A stretch of 64,000 nucleotides of DNA from Methanomassiliicoccaceae archaeon. GTDB lineage: Archaea; Thermoplasmatota; Thermoplasmata; Methanomassiliicoccales; Methanomassiliicoccaceae. The notes under the pieces are model-generated. The model saw only the letters and a program-made list of their open reading frames with translations, was not told where the DNA came from and searched no databases. Positions 19,313 through 29,978 of the stretch are shown here, piece by piece. The position numbers and the translations under genes are program-made. Location of the stretch: assembly GCA_963728405.1 (NCBI GenBank), contig CAVSJV010000002.1, positions 192,001-256,000 on the forward strand, read 5' to 3'. Within the stretch, counting starts at the first letter, position 1, and every line of letters begins with the position of its first letter.

Positions 19313-20423
19313 ATGGTTGATGTTGTAACAGTAGCATTGTTGGTACTGGCCATTGTGGCCGCAGTATTGATCCTGATAACCGGAATACATATGCGTCAAG
19401 CCGTACGAGCAGGCAATCTATATCCTGCTAGGGACGTATAAAAGAATCTTGAATCCAGGGTTCAACTATGTGGTCCCATTGATCAGCCAAGTGGTGACAT
19501 TGGACCTTCGTACCCAGGTCTTGGACGTGCCGAGGCAGGAGGTCATCACCAAGGATAATTCGCCAACCAATGTGGACGCCATCATCTACTCTAAGGTCAT
19601 CGATCCGAAGAAAGCTTTCTTCCAGGTTACGAACTACCGCTCTGCCACCGTCTATCTGGCCCAGACCACCCTCCGGTCGGTCGTGGGCGATATGGAACTT
19701 GATGAGATCCTTTCCAGTAGGGAAAAGATCAACCTGCGTCTCAGAGACATTCTGGATGAGGCCACCGACAAGTGGGGTGTCAAGGTAGAGGCCGTGGAGA
19801 TAAGGGAGGTCGATCCCGCCCCCAAGGTCAAGCAGGCCATGGAGGAGCAGACCTCCGCGGAGAGGATGAGGCGGGCCACGATCCTGAAGGCCGATGGTGA
19901 GAAGAGAGGTGCGATCCTAAGCGCCGAGGGTAAGAAGCGGTCCCGTATCTTGGAGGCAGAAGGTGTCCGCCAGTCCAAGATATTGGAGGCAGAAGGTGAG
20001 AGGCTTGCCATCATATTGCAGAGCCAGGGTGATGCCCAGAAGTTGCGGATTCTTTCCTTGGGGGCGAGCCCCCTGGACTCCAAGGCATTGGCGGTCCTCT
20101 CGATGCAGACCATGCAGGCCCTCGGTGCCTCACCGTCGACCAAGTGGATAATACCCTTTGAGGTTACCAAGATCATGGAGGGGATGTCCGAGTTCCTGGG
20201 TGTTTCCAGGCAGACCCCGGCCAGAGAGGTGTCCAATCGTGAAGAGGTTGAAAAGGCTGTCGGGAAGGTCGATGATATCCTCGGCCCCATCCCTTCGGCC
20301 GAGGAGCTGCGCGCCGAGCTCAAATCCCTCGAGGCCAGCATGGCCGTGGAGAAGGCTGAGGCCGAGGCCATCGGGGCTCTTGGCAAGGGCAAACCCGACA
20401 AGGACATGCTGAACCCGGTGTAA
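19313..20423 (+). CDS. Stomatin/SPFH (band 7) protein; frameshift near 19393
   Basis: N-terminal TM segment from ATG 19313; DLRTQVLDVPRQEVITKDN, AQTTLRSVVG, WGVKVEAVEI, AEG repeats. Confidence 0.9.
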
Positions 20424-20602
20424 GTTATCTCGACCGCACGGCGGTCCCCTTCCTTTTTTTTCCATTTTTGACGCCACTTTGCATTATATTGGACATTTAG
20501 GAAAAATGGACGACAATACAATCAAAATGTCCGATTCTTAACATTTAAATAGTATTCGGGAGTACCCAGGCTGAGCCGTCTATCGGTTTGGAGAGCAATC
20601 TC

Positions 20603-21321
20603 ATGTCCATCATTCGCTGCGATAATGTAACAAAAACCTATGTTACTGGGGATATCGTCGTCCAGGCCCTCAAGGGCATTTCCATGGAGATCGGGCAGGG
20701 GGAGATGGTTGCTGTAATGGGTCCGTCTGGCTGCGGCAAGACCACACTGCTTAATTGTCTGTCGGGCATCGACGAGGTGACCTCAGGTAAGATATTCATC
20801 GAGGACCAGGAGATCACATCGATGAACGACAATGGTAAGACCAACTTCCGTGCCAAGAGGATGGGGTTTGTCTTCCAGTTCTATAATCTACTTCCAGTGC
20901 TGACCGCCACCGAGAACGTTGAGCTTCCCTGCTAATCGCGGGAACGACCCCCCAAGAGGCGAGGAAGAAAGCGTTGGAACTGTTGAACGCGGTGGGCCTC
21001 ACTCCGAGAGCGGCCCTGCGGCCCAATGCCCTGTCTGGCGGGGAGCGCCAGAGAGTTACCAGTGCACGCGCTTTATCGAACACTCCTGCCATCGTCTGGG
21101 CCGATGAGCCCACCGGGGACCTGGATGTCAAGACCTCCGATGAGGTCGTCGCTCTCATGCGCCGCCTGAACAAGGAGAACGGTCAGACATTTGTGATCGT
21201 CACCCACGACCCGGAGGTCGGAGCGAAGTGCGATCGTATCATTCACATGAGGGATGGACAGATCGTCACAACCAATGGCAACATCAAGCACATATCCGAA
21301 GAGATCAAGCAGATGGGGTGA
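20603..21321 (+). CDS. LolD/MacB-type ABC ATPase; frameshift near 20930
   Basis: [18 protein letters not shown]; second frame [22 protein letters not shown]. Confidence 0.9.
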
Positions 21322-21346
21322 GCGTCTGTCGATCCGCTCGGCAATA

Positions 21347-24298
21347 ATGGCCGCGGCCCTCGTGGCCCTCATATTCCTCTCCCTGGTCTTCCTGCCGGTC
21401 ACCTTTGCGGTCATGGCGGTCATAGGCCTAATAATCCTATACATCCTGGCCGACGCTCTTGGCAACCGAATGTTGTTCAAGATGTCCATCCGCAACGTCA
21501 TCCGGCGGCCGTCCACCACAGCACTGGTCCTCGGCGGTCTGATGGTCGGAACGGCCATCATCTCCGCCTCGCTCATCGTAGGGGACACCCTGGACAATAT
21601 GATCGTCGGCGAGGTCGCCAAAGGGTATGGCGACCTAGATTTCTCGATAGGGGGTACCGGCGAAGGTAACAACACCACAGGATTCTATTCCTTCGCGCTT
21701 GTCTCTCCGGTTCAGGACCAGGTCCGCAACCTCAGTCATGTGGATGGAGCGGAATGGACCCTATGGACGTCATCGGGCATCAAAAGTGTCCGGTCCAATC
21801 TATCCCAGCCCTCGGTCGAAATCATGGGTATGACTAGTGGTGTGGTGAGGGACTTCGGAGGGTTCAGCGCCGCCAATGGCTCGACCATCGCCAATCTCCC
21901 TCCGGCCGGCAGCGCCTATGTCAACCAGAAGCTGGCTGACAAGCTAGAAATCGTTGATGGTGACACCATCAACCTGGTGAGGGACCAATCCCACCAGGCA
22001 AGCTACACCGTGATCCTGGTCCAGGACAACAAGATGGCCGCCTTGAGCGCCAGCATCTATGTGGACCTGATCTCCGCCCAGGAGTTGAGCGGCCAATCTG
22101 GGATGGTCAACTCCCTGTTCGTATCCCTTGATTCTCAAGGCCGGCAAGACATCAACGCCAGCCGCACCGAGGTCAACACCACCGTAGCTGGGTTCCAGGG
22201 GCTTCATCTCAAGATCAACAACGACCGGGCCCAGGCCATCGCCGATGGCAAGTCCAATGTGGCCATGTTCACCTCCTTGTTCTTCGTGTTCGGTTCGTTC
22301 TCCATCATCGCGGGCATCGCACTGATCATCAACATCTTCACCATGCTTGGCGAGGAACGAAAGGGTGAGATGGGCGTGGCCCGCGCGGTCGGAATGCAGA
22401 GGAACCACCTGAGAAAATTGTTCACCTACGAAGGCCTAATCTATGCTGCCTCCGCCGCTGCGATCGGCACTATGGTCGGGCTTCTCCTGGCCTATGTCCT
22501 CATCAACGCCGCCGGTGCTCTAATCGACATGGGGAGCGTTTCCATCAGTCAATACTTCACCTTCACGCCGTTCTCGCTGGCGATCGCCTACCTGGGAGGT
22601 TTCGCCCTTACCCTGGTAACGGTCTACTTCGTGACCCGGCGCATATCGAACATGAACATCGTCCGGGCCGTCCGCAACATTCCCGAGCCTGGTAAGTCCA
22701 GAGAGGACAAGGGGCTGTTCCGGATGGGTCTGTTGCTCCTTGGCGTCGGCGTAATAATCATGCTGCTGGGTATGCAGGGCAAGAGCCAGGCCCTCTCCAT
22801 GAGCGGCCTCTCCTGCATCACCCTCTCCGCCGGTCTGCTGGCCCGTAAGTATGTCAGTGACCGCATCGCATGGAACATTGCCGGTATCGCGACCTTGTTC
22901 ATTTGGTTGCCCAAGGGTTTTGAGATATTCCCTTATAGCGGGGATATCGAGATGTTCGTCATCGCCGGGGTGTTCATGGTCTCGTCCCTGCTGATCGTGG
23001 TCATGTTCAACTCTGACTCTATCGTATACCTGATAACCAAGGTGTTACGGGTCAGGGGCGGTTATAAGGCCGTGATCAAGACGGCCATATCTTATCCTTT
23101 GCGGGCCAAGGTCCGCACGGCCTTGAGCATCTTCATTTTCGGTCTGGTTATCTTTACGGTCACCACTCTGTCAATGATGTCGGGCATGCTGGGAGCGGGC
23201 ATTCCCAAGATCATCAGCGAGACCTCTGGTGGTTTCGATGTGATAGCGAACTCCGGTACGCCGGTGGACATGTGGAATGAGATCAATTCTACCTCTGGCC
23301 TAGTGGACCGAGCTAACATCTCGTCCATGGTGCAGCTGAGCGCGGGCTTCCTCCAGGTCACCATGAACCGGACCGATTCGGTCACCGAATTAACGAAAGA
23401 GACGAAGTTCTACTATAGTGCCATAGGCATAAACGACGACCTTTACACGATAGGCAACTATCCATTGAAGGAATGGAACACTACGCTGTATCCGAACGAG
23501 GCGGACGTCTGGCATGCCTCCGAGGCCAACAGCTCGCTGGTCATCATGGATGGCACCGCCGGCAGTAGCAGTGGTGGCTTCGGCATGAGCTTCGGCAGCG
23601 GCCAGTTCGTCGGGACCAATGTCGGCGACAGCTTCGTGCTCACTGACCATCAGGGCGTGAATAGGACGGTCACGGTCATTGGTATCATGAAGCAGAGCGC
23701 TTTCAATGGCGTTTTCATGAATGCTGACTATGTCCGCAACAATCTGGAGGTCAACGGCACCAACCTCTTCCTGATCAAGCTCGCCGGGGACGCGGATGCT
23801 GACAAGCAGGCCACCCTGATCCAGAACCAGTTCTGGGAATACAGTGTAAGCACAATTCCCATGAAGACCCTGGCCAAGCAGGTGGTCAGCCAGATCGATG
23901 GTATCTTCAACCTCATCAAGGCTTTCCTAGCTCTCGGCCTCATCATAGGCATCACCGGGCTGGGGATAATCACCATCCGGTCCATCCACGAGCGGCGGAT
24001 CGAGATCGGTATGATGAGGGCGATCGGCTACACCAAGCGCATGGTGGTGGCGAACTTCGCGCTGGAATCTGCTTTCGTATCCGTGCTAGGCATCCTGATC
24101 GGGACCGTCTTGGGAATGATCGTCGGATATCAGCTATGGGACACCAGTTTCCAGACCATGGGGATGGACTTCATCATCGCCTGGGAGCCGATCCTCCTGG
24201 TCGGAATCTTGTCCTTCCTGGCCACCCTCCTGAGCGTCTATCCTGCCGCGAGGGGCGCCAGCAAGGTGTCTCCGGCCGAGGTCCTGCGGTTCGAGTGA
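21347..24298 (+). CDS. Duplicated FtsX/MacB-like ABC permease (start uncertain)
   Basis: Two FtsX motifs (ERKGEMGVARAVG and ERRIEIGMMRAIG), large extracellular domains rich in N-x-S/T sequons, PARGASKVSPAEVLR end. Confidence 0.9.
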   Translation: MAAALVALIFLSLVFLPVTFAVMAVIGLIILYILADALGNRMLFKMSIRNVIRRPSTTALVLGGLMVGTAIISASLIVGDTLDNMIVGEVAKGYGDLDFSIGGTGEGNNTTGFYSFALVSPVQDQVRNLSHVDGAEWTLWTSSGIKSVRSNLSQPSVEIMGMTSGVVRDFGGFSAANGSTIANLPPAGSAYVNQKLADKLEIVDGDTINLVRDQSHQASYTVILVQDNKMAALSASIYVDLISAQELSGQSGMVNSLFVSLDSQGRQDINASRTEVNTTVAGFQGLHLKINNDRAQAIADGKSNVAMFTSLFFVFGSFSIIAGIALIINIFTMLGEERKGEMGVARAVGMQRNHLRKLFTYEGLIYAASAAAIGTMVGLLLAYVLINAAGALIDMGSVSISQYFTFTPFSLAIAYLGGFALTLVTVYFVTRRISNMNIVRAVRNIPEPGKSREDKGLFRMGLLLLGVGVIIMLLGMQGKSQALSMSGLSCITLSAGLLARKYVSDRIAWNIAGIATLFIWLPKGFEIFPYSGDIEMFVIAGVFMVSSLLIVVMFNSDSIVYLITKVLRVRGGYKAVIKTAISYPLRAKVRTALSIFIFGLVIFTVTTLSMMSGMLGAGIPKIISETSGGFDVIANSGTPVDMWNEINSTSGLVDRANISSMVQLSAGFLQVTMNRTDSVTELTKETKFYYSAIGINDDLYTIGNYPLKEWNTTLYPNEADVWHASEANSSLVIMDGTAGSSSGGFGMSFGSGQFVGTNVGDSFVLTDHQGVNRTVTVIGIMKQSAFNGVFMNADYVRNNLEVNGTNLFLIKLAGDADADKQATLIQNQFWEYSVSTIPMKTLAKQVVSQIDGIFNLIKAFLALGLIIGITGLGIITIRSIHERRIEIGMMRAIGYTKRMVVANFALESAFVSVLGILIGTVLGMIVGYQLWDTSFQTMGMDFIIAWEPILLVGILSFLATLLSVYPAARGASKVSPAEVLRFE

Positions 24299-24374
24299 GC
24301 CTACCAAACCCCTTCCATTCTCATATTTTTGAACAGCAGGATTCAAAGCCGGGTAAGTTGATTCCCTTGGGCAC

Positions 24375-24905
24375 ATGACCGATCACTGGGCCCTTCGGAG
24401 GTTGTCCTATGGGATGTATATCGTCACCGCCAAGGATGGCGATCGCATTAATGGGCAGATGTCCAACAGCGTCTTCCAGGTGGCCTCGGACCCTCCCATC
24501 ATTTCTATCAGCATAAACAAGCAGAACGATACTCACGATATGATCGCCCGCGCTGGCGCCTTTGCCGTATCGGTTCTCGATATCACTGCCCCACTGACCC
24601 TGATCAGCATCTTCGGTTTCAAGCATGGAAGGGATATCGATAAGTTCAATGGGAGGGCCTACCGCCTTGGTAAGAATGGGGCTCCGATACTCACCATGAG
24701 CACCACCGCCTTCCTAGAAGCGTCGGTCCGTTCGTCGATCGATGCCGGGACCCATACTGTATTCCTGGGCGATATCACCGAGATGGGTTGCCTGGGGGAG
24801 GGCGAACCGATGACCTATGCATATTACTATCGCGAGCTCAAGGGCGTCACGCCGAGGTCCGCCCCGACCTATCGGGTCCCTGAACGGAAGGAAGCTAGGG
24901 TATGA
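24375..24905 (+). CDS. Flavin reductase family protein
   Basis: LSYGMYIVT, FGFKHGRDIDKF, GTHTVFLG, PMTYAYY. Confidence 0.9.
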   Translation: MTDHWALRRLSYGMYIVTAKDGDRINGQMSNSVFQVASDPPIISISINKQNDTHDMIARAGAFAVSVLDITAPLTLISIFGFKHGRDIDKFNGRAYRLGKNGAPILTMSTTAFLEASVRSSIDAGTHTVFLGDITEMGCLGEGEPMTYAYYYRELKGVTPRSAPTYRVPERKEARV

Positions 24906-25060
24906 GATGCCGTCTTCGTGATCTGAAGGAGATCTTCGAACAGGCCGGATCGAGCTGAGGCAGGAGGGCCGCAAGAAGGTCGAACGTACTTTCATGGGGT
25001 GGTCCGGTCCTTCGATCAAGGAGCACCTCGCCATGGGCCTGGAAGGCTTCATGGCCTAGC
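24902..25060 (+). pseudogene. Possible remnant of a small conserved archaeal protein
   Basis: ATGA overlap; MRCRLRDLKEIFEQAG then, after a frameshift, IELRQEGRKKVER. Confidence 0.3.
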
Positions 25061-25127
25061 TCAGACATCGTTAGAGCACGGGCAATGGAAAAGGATAAAG
25101 CCCCGGTTATGCAAATACTCCCGGGGA

Positions 25128-25607
25128 GTGGATAGGCTGGCCCTCCAAGATGTTCCCGGAACGATCGATAAGCTCAGAGCAAGTGTCCTGGAGGGGATCA
25201 GGGAGCAGGCGGGTGAGGGCGCGGATGCTCAAGCTCGTGCCCTCCTCGATTATGTGCAGGCTGTTATGTCGCCCGATCAGGCCACCGACCTGGCGATCTT
25301 CAAGGATCAGCTGGTCAGCCGCTCGATACCGTTCGTGCAGCAGTCGCTCAACCTGCCTGAGAAGCACCTCCGGCTGCTGGGGGTATCCCACCTATTGGCC
25401 AATATGTTACGCCCTGCGGTAGAGACCACTGAGGACGAGTACATTACCACCCGGTTCGAGGAATTGGCCGAGAGGCTCTCTTGCCTGGAACGGGTCGAGG
25501 TGGCAAATCCCTCCCTCGACAACCGCCTGATGAGCATATATGGGGGCTTCGTGGAGCTGGCCAGCGCCCTTGGCCTTACCGCCTGCGACGCTCTATGTCT
25601 TCTATGA
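25128..25607 (+). CDS. Hypothetical helical protein
   Basis: Coding-like codon pattern from GTG 25128; no family recognised. Confidence 0.6.
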   Translation: MDRLALQDVPGTIDKLRASVLEGIREQAGEGADAQARALLDYVQAVMSPDQATDLAIFKDQLVSRSIPFVQQSLNLPEKHLRLLGVSHLLANMLRPAVETTEDEYITTRFEELAERLSCLERVEVANPSLDNRLMSIYGGFVELASALGLTACDALCLL

Positions 25608-25645
25608 GGGAAAATAGTTAGCCATCAAACTCCCAATCCTTAGTC

Positions 25646-26872
25646 ATGGACCATTCGTTCGTTGGCATCGGCACATCATTCAAGGACCGGGTCAGGATCC
25701 TGGTCGAAAAACTCAAACAGGGCGATAAAGAATTGCTGGATGAAGGTTTTAGGGATGTTCTGGAGGATACGGACCCATTCCAGCTCGAGGAGGCAGAGGT
25801 AGAGCTCATCGAGGAGGGATTGAGCAGGGATGATCTCCTGCTGCTGTGTGATGCCCGGATCGGGCTTTTCGACGAGGTCAGCGAGGACGAGGAGACCTAT
25901 CTGGAGAGGCCTGGGCATCCTATTCACACGCTAATGGAGGAGCATCGTCACATCCTGAAGTTCATGAAGGACGTCAGGGACCTGGCTGGAGCGCTTCGGA
26001 CCGGGGGTCCGCCGGACATCGGGGATCGCATGACCCTCATCGAGGTGGAACCCTTCATCAAAGAGGCCCAGAAACATTTCCAGCGGGAGGAGAACGTTTT
26101 GTTCCCATACATGGAGAAACATGGCATCGAGGGGCCGCCGGCGGCAATGTGGTCCGAGCATGAGGTCCTGAGGGCGAACGAGAAGGAACTCCTCTCCCTC
26201 ATTGGCCGGCAGCGCTACATGGACCAGGGGGAGTTCGCCGCCAACCTAGAATGCCAGGCCGCCATGCTGCTGTCCCTGCTGAACGCCCACTTTCACAAGG
26301 AGAATCATGTCCTGTTCCCCATGTCAATAAGGATACTCGACGTGCATGAATGGAACGATGCCCGCAAACAGTTCGACGAGATAGGGTGTTGCAATTTCGT
26401 CCCTCATCACGCTGCCATTGACCTCGTCCCCCTGACGGTGGCCGAGGTTCCCCCGTCCAAGGGCCAGGAGATCGTCCTTCCCACTGGTCGATTCACCATC
26501 GATGAGCTCGAGATGGTCCTGAACAAGTTGCCGGTGGACTTCACATTCGTGGACGATCAGGACCGGGTCCGTTATTACTCCCGTTCGCCGGAACGCATCT
26601 TCGTTCGCACCCCGGCGGTGATCGGAAGGGCGGTGCAGAACTGCCATCCGCAGGCCAGTGTCCACATCGTACAGCGGATAATGGATGAGTTCAAGGCCGG
26701 CACGCGGGACCTGGCGGAGTTCTGGATAGAGGTGCAGGGCAGGTTCATACACATCCGATACTTCCCGCTGCGAGACAAGCAGGGCAAGTACCAGGGAGTC
26801 ATGGAGATGACCCAGGACATCACCGCGATAAGAAAGCTGGAAGGCGAGAAGAGGCTATTGGACGAAAAGTAG
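25646..26872 (+). CDS. DUF438 / hemerythrin / PAS-domain protein
   Basis: GHPIHTLMEEH, HFQREENVLFP, MWSEHE, HFHKENHVLFP; PAS part LPVDFTFVD...RTPAVIGRAVQNCHP. Confidence 0.9.
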   Translation: MDHSFVGIGTSFKDRVRILVEKLKQGDKELLDEGFRDVLEDTDPFQLEEAEVELIEEGLSRDDLLLLCDARIGLFDEVSEDEETYLERPGHPIHTLMEEHRHILKFMKDVRDLAGALRTGGPPDIGDRMTLIEVEPFIKEAQKHFQREENVLFPYMEKHGIEGPPAAMWSEHEVLRANEKELLSLIGRQRYMDQGEFAANLECQAAMLLSLLNAHFHKENHVLFPMSIRILDVHEWNDARKQFDEIGCCNFVPHHAAIDLVPLTVAEVPPSKGQEIVLPTGRFTIDELEMVLNKLPVDFTFVDDQDRVRYYSRSPERIFVRTPAVIGRAVQNCHPQASVHIVQRIMDEFKAGTRDLAEFWIEVQGRFIHIRYFPLRDKQGKYQGVMEMTQDITAIRKLEGEKRLLDEK

Positions 26873-27274
26873 TTCGGGCGGGGGGCAGGGCCCCCCGCTA
26901 GCGCATCCCAACGCTTCTGATGATACTACTTCGGCGGCCGGGGTATTTCAATCGACCGAACTGATTATCCTTTCTGATTGTCATTGCAAGGTCGATGTTT
27001 GCAGTACCCATCATCCGTGAGGCGGAGATGCTTGATCTCTTTCCTTCCGATGTTGGTCGGTGCCTTCGTTCTCCCGCCATCCATCCTGCTTCAGGTCTTG
27101 CGGAGAACGATGCCCTCCGCCCCATTCTGTGGGGGCCATCAGAGAGGGAGCGAAAGCTTGAGACGACGAGTACTTCCTTGGTCATCCAGAACCATTGAGA
27201 ATGCACAGCGGCTCCCCCAGGGGCCGTCATGGATCATGCTCGTGCAACTGCGTACAACGGTTGTTCTTTGCTCA

Positions 27275-27619
27275 TCAAGGAATGGTAGCTTTCTCAAGAG
27301 AATACAATCTGATGTTCGATCTACCGCCCTTCTCTTTCAACATCATGCTGATATCGTTCTTGACGTTGCTAGGGGCTAGGATCACTACACAATGCCCCTC
27401 CTCTATCAGATTGTTAAACTCTTCTATGGCTTCCGGTCGCTTCCAGCTCGTCTCCGATTCGATGAACTCGAACCCTATGACACTGAAGTCGTATTCAGTG
27501 TAAAGAACGACACCCCACTGCCCATACTCGCCCTCCTGGATGATGTAGTCGATAGACATATCCGGATGTCGCTTCCGAATGTTCTTGACCCGTTCTTCGA
27601 CCAGGGCTTCGATGTTCAT
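27275..27619 (-). CDS. Hypothetical protein, paralog of 28065..28442
   Basis: 114 aa; GFEFIESETSWKRPEAIEEF motif shared with its neighbour. Confidence 0.7.
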   Translation of the reverse strand: MNIEALVEERVKNIRKRHPDMSIDYIIQEGEYGQWGVVLYTEYDFSVIGFEFIESETSWKRPEAIEEFNNLIEEGHCVVILAPSNVKNDISMMLKEKGGRSNIRLYSLEKATIP

Positions 27620-28064
27620 TAGCTTTCTCTTGGTGTTTGTAATATTAATTGGTTGCTATAGAACAATGGCGACCCCACAGTTAAGAAAGAGACAGCGCAT
27701 TCGGACGAACGAGTTGCCATAGACGGTACGAAGATCGAAGCGGAGGGTCGAGCGCGGCGCGCCCCGATATCGACCTAACGATCGAAGCACATATTCATGC
27801 AGCATAATCTGCCTGTGCTCGTCGTATTGCGAGTTTGTCGGCATGGTCGAGACGATGACCGCGCTGCCGGACGAGCTGTACATTGACGGGTTGCTGCCCT
27901 TTACCACGCTTCACAAGTTCTCGCTGCTGCTCGAATCACATATGCTGGACGGCTTACTGGCCACGATCGCTTCGCCCGTCGTCGGGAACAACGTGCACAC
28001 TAGCATCGCTCGACCGGCATCGGTCAGAAAATTTTCGTCCATTAAAGGCAACGATTATTAACTT

Positions 28065-28442
28065 ATGATCGACGATGGGGTGATCATGACCGTCGAGGAC
28101 GTGACCAGGGCTAGGAAGAAGCTCCTTGAGGCCAGCGCCCCCCATATGGCCTTTGAGGACGACTACATGGACACCGAAGAGGGGACCAGGGGGCTGGTCC
28201 GGATCATGGGTCCGGGAGGGAATGTTGCAGGCCTCGAGTTCATCGAACCGGAGGAGTTCTGGGCCGATCCCGACGCGGTGGAAGAATATGCTGAGACCTT
28301 AGGGGATGGTGTGCATGTGACGGTCATCGTGCCCGAAGGAGAGAAGGGCGACGCAGAAGAGCTATTGCATCAAGAGGTCGGAAAGGCAGTGGAGGTTCTG
28401 ACCTATGGTGACATCGGCTCGCCCCTCTCCTTCCGACCTTGA
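28065..28442 (+). CDS. Hypothetical acidic protein, paralog of 27275..27619
   Basis: GLEFIEPEEFWADPDAVEEY motif. Confidence 0.75.
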   Translation: MIDDGVIMTVEDVTRARKKLLEASAPHMAFEDDYMDTEEGTRGLVRIMGPGGNVAGLEFIEPEEFWADPDAVEEYAETLGDGVHVTVIVPEGEKGDAEELLHQEVGKAVEVLTYGDIGSPLSFRP

Positions 28443-28542
28443 ACGGTCCGGGGTCCCGGGACACCGGAACCCCCGATAGGCGAACCATTTTCGGGCAACC
28501 TGGGAACAGGTATTTATCACACATTGGGGTTTTTCAACCGAC

Positions 28543-29970
28543 ATGAGCGAGGATTGGACGGAGAAGTACCGGCCCTATGGGCTCGAGGACGTCGTGGGCA
28601 ATCCCAAGGCGGTCGAGGAGCTGAAGGCTTGGGCCGATGCCTGGGAGAACGGCCGGCCGTCCAAGCGGGCCGCAGTGCTCATCGGCACCCCCGGGACGGG
28701 GAAAACGAGCGCGGCCCTGGCCCTAGCCCGCGATTACAAATGGGACGTTCTGGAGATGAATGCCTCCGACCAGCGTAATGCTGACTCGATCAAGAACATC
28801 GCCCTCCGCGGCGCGCTGGGGGAAACGTTCTCGCCCACTGGCGAGTTCCTGTCCACCAAGGAAGGAAAGCTTAAACTGATCATATTGGACGAGGCGGACA
28901 ACATCAGCGGGCAGGAGGACCGGGGAGGCGTTCCGGCGATCGTCGAGCTGGTACGAACCACCAAGCAGCCGGTCATCCTCATCGTCAATGATTGGTACGG
29001 CCTCACGAAGAAAAGCTCGGTGTTGAAGTCGCAGACCGAGCAGATCAAGTTCGCTCGCATCAAGACGGTCACCGTGCGCGGTGTGCTCCGAAAGATCGCC
29101 AAGGACCAGGAGGTCAAAGTATCTGACCGGGCGCTCGAGCTACTGGCAGAGAGCTCCGGCGGGGACCTGCGCTCGGCCGTGAGGGACCTGCAGGCGGTGG
29201 CTACCGGCCGGCATGAGGTCAATGAGCTCGACACTACGGTGGTGGCGGCCCGTGAGGTCGAGAAGACCATGTACGGGGTCATGGATGACGTGTTCAAGTC
29301 CACCGATGCGAAAAAGGCCAGGAGCCAGATGTGGGACGTCGACGAACCTCCAGAGACCAAGTTGCTGTGGATCGAGGAAAACCTCCCCATCGCTTACCGC
29401 GAGCACCTGGACCTGTACCGCGGGATGATGGAGCTGGCCCGCGCGGCCACCTTCCTGGGCCGGGTCCAACGACGACAGCACTATGCGTTCTGGAGCTACG
29501 CTAGCGACTTTGTTTCCTTCGGGGTTTGTGCCGCCAAGCGCAAGGAGGTCCACGGTTACATCCGCTACAGCTTCCCCATGTACCTGATGAAGATGTCTCG
29601 GAGCAAGAGCAACAGGAACATTCAGAGTGCCATCTCGCTCAAGCTCGGAGGGGTCTGCCACCTCTCTTCGAAACAGGTCCGTCAGGACCTGCTGCCGTAC
29701 TTCAGATGGCTCTTCCAGAAGGACAAGGAGTTCCAGCTCAAGATGGCTATCGATCTGGAGTTGGAAGATGAAGAAGTAGCATTCCTACTGGGTGAGAAGA
29801 TCGACTCCAATGCAGTGAAGCATGTGATATCTGATGTCAAGCGGGTGCTCGAAGCGAAGGAGCAGCATATGGAAAGGGCCATCGAGCGTAAGCCCCCCAA
29901 GGTTGATGAGGGGCCTTCTTCGGCGGAAATGAAGCCCCAGCCCGCAGCTTCGCAGCGCACGTTGTTCTAG
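28543..29970 (+). CDS. rfcL: Replication factor C large subunit
   Basis: WTEKYRP, GTPGTGKTS, EMNASDQR, ILDEAD, GDLRSA, C-terminal PIP-like QRTLF. Confidence 0.95.
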   Translation: MSEDWTEKYRPYGLEDVVGNPKAVEELKAWADAWENGRPSKRAAVLIGTPGTGKTSAALALARDYKWDVLEMNASDQRNADSIKNIALRGALGETFSPTGEFLSTKEGKLKLIILDEADNISGQEDRGGVPAIVELVRTTKQPVILIVNDWYGLTKKSSVLKSQTEQIKFARIKTVTVRGVLRKIAKDQEVKVSDRALELLAESSGGDLRSAVRDLQAVATGRHEVNELDTTVVAAREVEKTMYGVMDDVFKSTDAKKARSQMWDVDEPPETKLLWIEENLPIAYREHLDLYRGMMELARAATFLGRVQRRQHYAFWSYASDFVSFGVCAAKRKEVHGYIRYSFPMYLMKMSRSKSNRNIQSAISLKLGGVCHLSSKQVRQDLLPYFRWLFQKDKEFQLKMAIDLELEDEEVAFLLGEKIDSNAVKHVISDVKRVLEAKEQHMERAIERKPPKVDEGPSSAEMKPQPAASQRTLF

Positions 29971-29978
29971 GAGCTTCC

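Noticed and set aside
27656-28061. Short ORFs between the two paralogous genes
   Set aside because: No consistent frame or motif on either strand; at most decayed coding sequence
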